Source of the DNA: Obrimoposthia wandeli
Taxonomy: Eukaryota
Length of the DNA: 64,000 bases
NCBI GenBank assembly: GCA_977020255.1
Contig: CDROCS010001406.1
Location: forward strand, 558,001-622,000
Reading direction: 5' to 3'
The translations under genes and the position numbers were made by a program. The notes under the pieces are model-generated. The model worked only from the letters and a program-made list of their open reading frames with translations. It had not been told where the DNA came from and did no database searches. The first letter of the stretch is position 1; every line of letters begins with the position of its first letter. Shown here in pieces: positions 15,101-27,100 of this stretch.

Positions 15101-18100
15101 AAAAAGTCCTTGAAAACAAACTATTTTCCTCATGAAATATCTGTTCATATCTGTTTTGTCATAACTTCAAATAATTATTTTTGTTTATATTTCATATCAT
15201 TGGTGTTTATAATGCGGATAACTTCATATTGAGGACAAAAATTTTATTCTCAGACTTGTCCCTAATAGACAAGTTACACTGTAAATCTATTATGGTATAA
15301 TTAAACTACCAATTAAATTTATTGAACATATTTATGGTTTGAAATAATTTGTTTAAACTCATTAAAATGCCAAAATGTATTAGGTTCAACTTTCGAAATA
15401 TATTTTATCTTATGAGTAAGATTCCATTATATATTTAACTTAAACAAAAATTTTTCAAATCTACTTTGTGTCACAAAATTAATCGGTTCTTTACTGTAAT
15501 GTTGACAACATTTCAAAAAAATAAGAAAGAGTTAAAATACAAATAAGAAAAAATATTTACTTAAACTTTTAATTCAAAAATGAGATAATGAATTGTAGTA
15601 AATTCCAAAACCAAACTTTAAAAAATTTATTAAAAGACTATTTATTAAAATTCATTAACTTTATATAAATTTAAGAGTCATGAGCTGTTTATTTGATTAC
15701 AATTTGAAAAACTGAAAATAGGTCTGCGAAGGGTAAGAATTCATCTATATTGCTTTTTAATGCTTTAAAATATCAAACCATCAAACAATTTATGCTACAC
15801 CAGCATTTTAATGATATAGGAGTTGGACAAAATTGCATGCCCATTGCTCGTTTTATATCCAAGAAAACGACATACAAAATTTTTTTAAATTAAAAATAAC
15901 AATGATAATAGAATAGCTTTTATGAAAAGAAAAGAAAAAGTTTTGCGCAATTTATACTCAATCGTGTGACTGCTTATTTATTATTATTTTAATTTATATA
16001 TTAAATCATGAACATTTTCGATATTTTCAACAAATTCAATAAACATGTGTTTACCGGTATATAATTTAAATCGATATTTTGATGGCTTTTATCTTTCATG
16101 GTAGTTATTACAAACAAATTTCCTAAAATAATTTAATTAATTTACAAGAAGGGTAAAAAAAAAAATTAAAAGCAAAATTTTTTTTTAAGTGTACATATTG
16201 ATATACGGGTAGATTTTCTCGATTTAAATTGATCATAATAAATTTTAGAAAATTTTCATTTAAGTTTCTTTTTCTAAAAATCATCATTTTTAAATTTATA
16301 TGAATTTTAGAAGAATTTTATTAAAATAAAGGTCATTTTTTTAACAGGAACTCTAAAAAATAATTAAAAATGTATTTCTGTCAATTTAAATGAAAATATA
16401 TAGTGTACAAGATAAAGTGTGCAATGTTTTAATTTCTCTATTTATTCTAACTAAATCACAAAAATTTATGAATATTGAAATTAAATGTAAAAATATAAAT
16501 ATATATATTAGGTCTATGAACATGTTTTGTTTTATTTGTATTATAGATTAATTCTTCAGTTATTATAAGGTACGAAAGAAACTAATTATTCAGTGTGCAT
16601 ATTTATTTTACATAATTCAATCCTTATTATAATTATTTTATTAAAAATATAGATTTTATTTTGGTCAACCAAAACGGAAAGAAAAACGATTTTGTTGTGA
16701 TTATGATATGTGAAAATGTACCTACAGTGGATATAGGAAAATTTTGTAAAATACACTGAAATACAGTTTCTAAAAAAAACTGAGTTTATAAGCCCCTACA
16801 TCGGAAACAGATTTTTTTTTTTAAACATCCAAGTAATTAAAATCTTCAAAAGAAATATCGTTACAAACCTTAAAGTCGCTCCTTAATTTGTCGTATATAT
16901 ACATCTTGAAAATTACACTAAAGAAAATTCAGTTAACCAAAACAGAAATATGTAATTATTTAAATTTTATCTATATCAAATCAAAATGGAAGTTCTAAAA
17001 CTAATATGAAATTTTATTAAAAATTATTGTGATGGATTTTATAGCATATTTATATTATTTATTGGATGTTACGTTCAATGTAGTGAGGTCCAGAAGACGA
17101 AAGAATCAAAGCACGAAGAAGACCAACAGTGGGAGAAGTCCTACTCTTCATATGTCAGGTAATCTCCATGATTGGTTTTGTATCATTGGGTTCTTATTAT
17201 GATTATTAATATAGAAATTTATATCAATTTACCACATCTAGAAAATAATAATAGTACTACAAAAAATCACCCTGAAATCTTTTAAATTTCAACATGACCG
17301 GTTGTTTCCTCGCCGAGACTAAATATGTTATAGGTCGAAATGTTCTTGTAAGATGAAAATATCCTCTCAACTTCCACTTATGAATGAAACAATTTCCCGG
17401 GTCTTAATTTTCCCTATTTTCTTATTGGTTTATTTTACATTTATTTTTCTTAATTGTAAAATAAAATAGTTAATTATCAAGGTAGGAAAATTAATGCATT
17501 TTTAATGGAAATGTGTTTAAAGTTCAAAGAAAAGTCTTAAAATTTTATTATATTCTTTTGTGTACAAATTTAAGTAAATTTACATAAGGACTGCCTGAAA
17601 CTTTATAAATATTTTGAGATGATTGCACAATACCATTATGGTATTGAATGATACGCAATGCTACTTTCAGCATATAATGACAAACATTTTCATTTTACGC
17701 CATAACTGAAGATGAGTTTTCATGATCGAAACATATCTTAAATAATTTTTGTATTATCTAAGGTGATAATGTTAAATAACAACAATTTATATATTATTCG
17801 ACAGATAATTAAATTATAAATTTATTGCAAAATTTTATTTTTCTTTAAGCAGTCAACACATTTAACAAAATCAGTAAAGAAAATTACACAATTTTTTGTT
17901 TTAAAAATCTGTCTATTTAAAGTTTGAGATTAGTTTAAAACGAAATTAAGTAATGCAGTTGTTTAAATAAACTTACCACATTATTTTTTAATAGATTTTT
18001 AATTTAAATATAAACCAGGCGTTTTCTGTTAAAATTATAAAGATTAAAAATAATCTAAAACTAAATTAATTTTATATGATTATTAGTCAATTTAATATCA

Positions 18101-21100
18101 TTAGCCTATAAATTACAATGATTAAGGTTGAAGGATTTTCTCTTGTTGTTGGTGTATTTAACTTTCCTAATGTAATTAGAATACTTCTTTTAATTTAAAT
18201 AATGATTCTACAGTTTACTAATTTTATGATATATATTATTTTAAGTTTTGAGAAATAAATAAATTTCAGTAACAGTGACAACGGCTTCAAGAGTGCCGAA
18301 GAAAAAAGAACATTTCTGGATATGGATCTAGCCAAGGTCGACGAAGAGCACAGTGTTCAGTCCTGTCAATGTGAGCAATAAAATAATTGGTATCCAACAA
18401 GAAAACCTTCTGACCTGTAATCACAGATTAAATTGATATTTATATCATAAAACTTTTAAATGATTTTATTTATTTTCAACTGAAGTAAATTTCGTAAATA
18501 TCGTAAACTTTGTTTTTTCTTTGAAATGTGATTGCTTATAAAATAAACGGGATTAAAAATCTAATCGCGGTAAGAACAACCTGAATGCATTAGATTCACC
18601 AATTCATAGGCCTATATTGCTTTCAAGAAACAAAATATTCTTTTTTAACAGTGATTTAACATTTACAGTAATTTAACCCCTTAAAGCTCACATGTATTAC
18701 TTCCAACTAACCATCACTTATTTAATAGGTTAACTAGGATATAAATACAACATAAATTTCCTTAAAAAGCTCAGACGTCACTAGGGTGATGTGTGTGTCT
18801 ATATAGACAAAGCCCCCAATGAATCATTACGTCATACATGACTTATGTTCTTTATTCTTCTACTTTTGGTAATATATTTTCAAACTTACATATATTTTGA
18901 TCTGAATGTCACATTGACATAAGTTCTTTACTAACTGATAGCAGTATCATTCAAGAATCCATAACAAACTTTGTTAATAATATTATATTTTATATTTTAT
19001 AAGTAGATAATGTTATTTAAATTATTCTTGCACATAGGATGCACATAAGTTCGAAAAAAATGCAACTATTTATCATAAAGACATTTTGTAGTCCTAATGA
19101 GGACGTGAGGTCGTTCTCATATGAGTTTATAGAAGGACTAATTGTCAGTTAGTGTGTGGCAGTATGAATGGTTGACCATTTGGAGAACAACCAAATAAGC
19201 CCGGGAACTCTTCCACTTCCACTTCTTTGGGAAAATAGCACTTTTCATGCAAAGCGATCTCGCTTTCCATGAATTGCTTCAGTAAAATTTGGCTTGTCTC
19301 CATAATAATAAAATGGGGAAAAATTATCTTATATACTCTTCTTGAACTAATTAATTTTATTGATGCAGTAAAACAAATTTTCTTTTATTTAAAAATGAAT
19401 AATATAATAAAATTACGAATTAAATAAAGTACACATGATATATAATAACCTAGATACATTGACCTTATTAAAATAATATTATAAATCATTTTAATAAAAT
19501 TATTCTTGTTTAAATGATATAATTATGAAATTGATGTAACAAAGTCGTTATGAAAAATAGTTGTAACTTACGTGCGTCCTACGTGCAAGAATAATTTTAA
19601 TAATATTATCTAGTTATAAATATTAAATACAATATTATTAACTATGTTCGTTTTGAACTCTTGTAGGTGGTACCTGGAAGGTCGGAAGGTAAGTTAGGGT
19701 TATGCTATAGTGAAAACCACATTTCAATACGATCTTCAGATAAAAATATTTGTAAGTGTGAAAATATGTTACTAAAAATAGAAGAACATGCCATTGATAA
19801 CATCATCGATTAGTCATGGTCTTTGTTCCCCGAGAACAAAGACAATGAGTCATAATTTTTCAGGACAAAGAATATGACTCAGCGTGGCTTTTATCCTGAG
19901 ACATTCATATCCCTACTGGCGTCCATATATACTGGGTACGGATCTTTTCATGAATGGCTCAAACACAGACATTTCAGTACCCGATTACTATACCACTTGC
20001 ACTCATGTATGTTTTGAGTAGAAACGTCCAAAGCAAGGCTTCGGTTCGAAATGACTTCTATTTTAGAAATTCTTTACTTGTCTCAATCTTCATGAGTCAT
20101 TGACAGAACTAGTCCTGAAATGTCGATGGATAAACAATTACCATTAGTCAACGCGCCGTTTCCCTACATGGGGCCTGATTCATTTGATTCATTTATCACG
20201 AAAGTCTGTTGACTTGCTTAATAGCCCAGTTTATTTTAAATTTGTTTGATTTGATAAACTACTAAAGAGAGTAAATTGAATTTGAGAAAAATTGAAAATG
20301 ATTATTTAGAAAAAAATAACTAATCGAGAAGAAAGAATTTATACAGTTGTTGATGCCTAAAACAATCTGCATATTTTGAAAAGTCAAAGTTGTAAAAGCG
20401 AGCAAATTTGTATTTATTTGACCAATATCACCTGAGCACTGAATTATTGAAGAGAGATTTATAAACAATGAATAAATAAGAAGAAAATTTTTTGTTAAAT
20501 TTTCTAAACAGTAAAATTGACAATTAATCCTTCTAAAAATAAGAGAAAAATATAGGATAATCTAATTTGAATTCATCACTTGTAATGGGAAAGTGAAAGA
20601 TAATTAAGCGTTCACTCAGTCAAAGGGAGAAATTATTTTTGTTTGATCGAACTCCTCTAAATTTTTCTGTTTTTCCTTTTTCAGTAGATATTTCCTAAAG
20701 CGTTCTTCAATAAATGCTAGTCTGACTTCTAATTGTCTATTTCAATCGATTGTATAGTTAGATTTTTAAGGAAATATAATTTACCAAATTTCCTTTCGAT
20801 ATTTATGTTAAACCGGTTAGCATAAATATTAAAATTAATCTAAATTTTAAAATTTAAATTAACTGATTTTTACTACTTTGATTTGAAAGCAATAAATTTA
20901 TGTATAAAATTCGTTTACCAGCAATATTTTGCATAAATTACAAAATGTATTATTATTTATTTATATCAAAGATTGTAGACAAGTGCTTCCTAAAAATGCT
21001 TTTTTTCAAAAAGAAATATAAAAAAACTCTTAATTTATTGGCTGATATCAACCTGGAAAAACACTCAATCTGCTGACATAGATGTAAGAATAATTGCGAA

Positions 21101-24100
21101 TTATTTTGAATTTTGAACCTAGCTAATCTTACTGGAAATAACTTTCAGAAATGTACCAAACACAGACAATGTTAAATAAATTTAGAAATCATCATTGATA
21201 TTTCATTTTTCCTGCTTGTGTCGATTGTTGCCTTGAAACAATCGTTAACAGATATCACTAATGGCTTTGATATCTTGGTAAGATCTCCACGTACGACTGC
21301 AATAAAGAAATGCAACTTTACACTTTTCTTTTTTCATGCCATCAAAGAAGGTGCACTATAATAAATATGACAAGACTTGAGTTTAAAAATGCACCATGTC
21401 CCTTTCACCATATAATGAATATCTCTCCCGTCATCCATCCTTTCTATTTAACGTCTGCAAAAACTTTGTGAGAAAATTTTCTTCAGGCATAGTCTTCTCT
21501 TTGTTTGAAAATAACCATTGGTGCAGCTTTCCACATACTCCTATCTGACAAGGAACAACTGTAAAATTGTATTTTTCAGAACCTATCTTGATAATTTTAA
21601 TGTCCTCTTTGTCTTTCACAGCAAAAGTATAATTACTTGACATATCAAAACTTATTGAAAATTCGTAAAATTACCAATTTGTTTTGTATCACCTGTACAT
21701 GTCTTTCACCCATATATGTTCAGTAAGCTTCTTCTTTCTTTGCCCAATTTTGTGTTTTTTTTTGCTCAATCAAGGTCACACAATGAACGCTAAACATATT
21801 GGACGAAGGATAACTGACCCTTAAATCGCAATATCTAATGAAATTTCTATCGCCTTTGCTTTAAGATTCATGGCAGTTATTCAAACTTGCCGTCCATCTT
21901 TATTAAACAAGATAAGCCACACCCTCATATTTATTTCAAACAAAGGTTAAAATAAAATTCAGTCTCTCCAAGCTCTTTTTGTCGGATTCATAACAGTAGG
22001 TGAATGTGTCCGGTCTAATACACCCCCCTACACCCTGTCCTTTAAAACCGTGTATTTGTGTGGAGTGAAATTTTGAGTATGTGTGTGGAGTGAAATTTCA
22101 TGTATGTGTGTAGAGTGAAATTTCGTGCATGTGTGTAGGGATTTTTTTGTTGTTTTGAAAAAGCAACAAATAGGGAGGGGATTCCCCCCCAACATTTTTT
22201 AAAATTTTACTTTGAAATTTACCGCAGATCTCAAAAGTGATTAGAGAAGACCACAGGAATCCATATTGTCCCCGGCAGCTTATCGCAGATGAGATTTCAA
22301 ATAATATGTGAATATATTACTACTATTTTTAAGAAAGAATAATAAATTATTACATGTTTTTGTTAAATATTTAGGTCAGATCTATATAATTTAGAGGAGA
22401 AAAAACAAAATACGAGTCAAAATTATTTTTCAAAATATTTATTAAACATAAAACAACATATTGGCTTCACTCAAAGTCCAAAGAGGCTGCATTTTCCCGT
22501 CATCAGCAAAATATCCATTGAGACGTATTGAGATATTCCATAGTTCTTCATCTAGAATTGGAGCAATCAAATATCCTAGATCATCTTTAAAAGCCAGACT
22601 GGGATCAGTTTCAAGCTGGAAACAATTTCCTTCATATACATAATCAGGAATGTAAAATCCCAAAATATTTTTCAATTGATCAATATCAGATGTTGTTAAA
22701 ATTTCGATGAGATATTTGTTCTCCACTTTAGATATTTTCACGGGATTCATAACTCGTATAATTTGATGCCTCTTTAATATATTACATAGTTTTCCTTTTG
22801 AAATTCTTTCTGTATAATAAAAATCTCCTACACATCTCAGAAGAGGATCCATTCTAAAATAAGGAAACTGATTAAAAAACAATGTTTATAAAAAAATACA
22901 TATAAGATACAAATATTATGAAAAATAAAACTGATAATTAATTGCAAAATGAAAGAAACATAGATTAAAATTTATTGCATGAAATATTTAAAACATAGAA
23001 ATATGAGCACGTTCAATTTTCCACATAAGCAACTTTGTCCCCATTTCATCTTTCTTGTAACGATAAAGTCGAATTGTTACAGTCCATTGCTTCTTTTTCG
23101 GAAACGCATCAACATCTATTTATCTTCCATACTTCTCTAGAAATCCTGCATCGGCTCCTCGGATATAAAATTCGTTCTTACTGAAAGTAAAATTTGGTAC
23201 TGCTTTTTCAACTTTCTGTTTAAGATATTGAAAATCTGGTTTTTGAATATTTGATAGATAATAGCTGAACTTTCTTCTTTCAATTGTCACGGGATTTACT
23301 AAAGCAATCAGTTGAGCCTTATTCAAGAATCTGACTTTGTATTTGAAATATTATTTCACTTCTTCATACATATCCTTATCCGATTCTTTAAACATTTCTA
23401 AATCTTCGTCATCGCTTAATATCCGTTTGCTATCGTCCATCATTGATAATTGTCTTCTATATGAATGCATTTATTGGGATTTGTCCTCCAATGGCGCATT
23501 CTTTTATACTAATTTCTAACAAAGACATGAATCTCATTGGTTAATATATCTAAAGCATTAATTTGGATTGGACTAAATCCATATTAAAAATCAAAATTGA
23601 TTGGAAGAAATATATCATCCAATTATAATAGGTTTGCAAGATAATTACAAGAAATGTGCAATATAAAAGCAGGTTCAAACATATATAAAGAAGATTTTAC
23701 AGAATACAATTTTAGTTTAATGAAATTCGTAAATATATATTATAAAGGTAGAATAGAAGATGATGCTTCGTACTTACCATTCAATAAATGGAAGCCGAGA
23801 CAATATGTGAAAAAGTTTGACAATTTCACAGTTGTTATTTTACTCGAAGGTTATTTTTTTAGTTTCATATTGAATTCTTTTAGGAAATTGTCGTGTTATG
23901 GGATGCAAAATACTTATGCTTGAGTTCGAATTACCATTTGGAATTCGAATCACTGCAATACAATCAATCACGATTTCGGCTAATCTTGGGAAACAGATAA
24001 ATCTTTTAAAAACTGCAGAGAAAATGAAAGAAGAATGCATGTTTGAACCAAAATTATTTCCTGCTCTCAGTTATTTGAAGTTTAAACCGATATGTGTAAA

Positions 24101-27100
24101 TATATTTTTCAGTGGTAAAGTTATGATATTGGGATTGAAAAATTTTGATTATCCAGACATTGTTGATTTTATTTTCGAAAATATATCTTATTACATCTTG
24201 TTATCTTTTCTATAAACAAACCCGTTTAAACTTATTTTTTCAAATGAATAATACTATAAATACCGACAATCAAGTGGATTGTCTTGTCGACGAAATATTT
24301 TCTGGAAATATTAGGGGTAAAGAAATTTTATCAGAATTAAAAAATAATGATATAACAAGAGATAACATTGAAATATTGATTAGATCACACGTTATTTAAG
24401 AATTTAGAAATCGTACACAAATAAAAAAAACTATAGCCAAATATTCATTAATTAATTTTTGTATTTCATCTACAATAGCTCTAACATTGTACATTTCAAT
24501 AAGGAAACGTATATGATAATATAAACAATATTAAAAATGAAAGAGTATATGCAATGGAGCTAAATAATAATGCTGTATTTCAAATAGTGGGTCTCAGTGG
24601 AAATAGAAAGACACATTTCGTATGTAAATTGTTGCAAAATGAATCTCTTTTCAAATCTAGTTTCAAAAATATTTATTGGCATCATGGTGGAGGAGGGGAA
24701 AGCGGGTTAACCAAAACAGAAGTTTGCAAGTTGAAGGGAATAAAATTTATTGAAGAATTTGATGCAAATTGGTGTGAAAGATTGAAATAAGAAGATGTAA
24801 TAATAATTGATGATTTGTATCAGGAAGCTAACAAGGAATCAGACTTTAATCAATTATTTACGAAGATTGCAAGACATCGTGAAGTAACAGTTATATTTAT
24901 CACTCAAAATCTTTTTCACCAAGGAGGTCATCATAGAACAAGAAATCTTAATGTACATTAATTAGTTTTATTTAAAAATACTAGAGATCAAACAGTTGTA
25001 GATTTCGTAGCCAGACAGACATATCCCCAAAATAAGAACTTTCTAGTTGATTCATTCCATGATGCTGCTAAACAAGTACATGCGTATATATTTATTGACT
25101 TCACACAAGCTTGTCCAGATGATTTACGTGTTTTAACATACATATTTAATTCTAAGGGAGTAACTGTTTATAAACAAATAGAGAACAATTATAAAAAAAT
25201 AATTTGCAATGCCTTTTAAGAAGTTGATAGTAAAACGTAAAGTAAAATCTAAGAAATAAAAAAAAAGAATCATTAAGAAAAAAGAAGTGAATAAATTAAT
25301 CAAATCTGTAGTTAGAAATAAAAGAAAACTTAAATGGCTTCGAATATAAACAATATTCAAATTGAACTTTTTTAAAAATGAAGAAAATACAAAGAAGCAT
25401 ACCCTATTTTAAAGCTTTGGTCAAAGCCTCTTCTCACAAGAGAATGATTATTCTTAAAGTATTTCCTTCTTTTGTTGTAGATGATTTATTGGAAGTTTTG
25501 TATAATATAGTTTTGGGTCGAGTAAAATTTGGAAAACGGAAAAATGTATTAAAGAAATATAGAAAAACTCTTCTAGATATTGATAATGTAAAAAGTAAAA
25601 AACGGAAACGAAATATTATTCTTAAACAGAATGGTGGTTTCATACGGGCTGTTATTCCAGTTGTTGCTTCAATTATCAATAGTATTATAGCTGCGACACG
25701 TTCATAAACAATTATTTCAAAAATCAGTTAAAGATATGGGTGCTAACCCTTCTTTACCTAAATTTAAATTTTCTATATATTCAAATTGTTGTAATGGAGA
25801 AGACATGGTTCAATCTAAAAGATCCAATTGGCTACACAATAGCTTCAAAATTAGCACAAAGAACAAAACAAAATTACAAGAAAACGCAGAAATGGCTGAG
25901 CGACCAGTTAGCCTACAGTCTGAACAAGCCGATGAGAAGAAAGTTTACAACTAGAGCTTACAAAACTAGCGGTCCTAATAATTTATGGCAAATGGATTTG
26001 ATGGAGATGATCTCATATTCTTCCATTAATAAGGGATATCGATATATTTTAACATGTATTGATTTATTTAATAGGTTTGCTCGTGCAATTCCAGATAAAG
26101 CAAAGTCTTCAATAGCTTTGCTTGAAGCCATTAAAGAAATATTAAAAGAGGACATTCCACAAAATGTGCAAACTGATTCAGGAAAAGAATTTTATAATAA
26201 GCAATTTTAATCTTTATTTAAACAAAATAATATAAATCACTACTCTGTGTTTTCACAGTACAAACCAGCAATAGTAGAAAGATTTAATCGTACTTTAAGA
26301 GATCGAATAAAAATTTATATCACAAAAGGAGTAAATAAAAAAGGGATCCAAGTTTTACCTAAAATAATACATGCATATAATCACTCTGAACATAGAGGTC
26401 TCAAGGGAATGAGACCTTTTGATGTTACTAATAAAAACTCTATGGATATTTGGATGGACAGGAATAAAAAAAAACTATTAAAAAAGCTAAATATAAGAAA
26501 AACGAATATGTCCGAATTTCGAAAATTAGCTCTACTTCATTTATTAAAAACTTTTATCAGAATTGGAGCGATGAAATATTTTGTATAAGTAAAATTGATC
26601 AAAAGAGTAATCCAATAATGTATACTATTAAAGATGCTGACAATAATATCGTTCACGGTAAATTTTACGAGCAAGAACTACAAGTAATATCAAATAAACC
26701 TAGCGTTTTCCGTATTCAAAAAATATTAAAATCTAAGAGTACCGGTAAATATAAACAATACTTTGTTAAATGGCATGGTTATTCAGACCCAACTTGAATA
26801 TCAGCATCTAATATAATATGGAGTCTATGTAAATGGTGTTACCTAGTAACGGATGCCCGAAAACTCAACCAGATAATGACACTAGTAGCTTTATTATCGA
26901 ATAGGAAAATCCTATAAATCTCCAAGGAGAATGGAAAGCGGCTTTAACAGAATTTTCTTTTATTATTCTCTAATTACTATCAGAAAAAACTCACATATTT
27001 CGTTTACAAAATAATTTGATCATGAAAAAACAACTGAAGTTGTGATCGGGTTTGATAGTAAAGGAAATTTCAATTACAATTGTATAGATAAAGAAGTGAA

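Noticed and set aside
22051-22140. CRISPR-like array
   Set aside because: Repeats are head-to-tail with no unique spacers, in a eukaryotic context with no cas genes; the same applies to the 79-bp repeat at 9608-9848.
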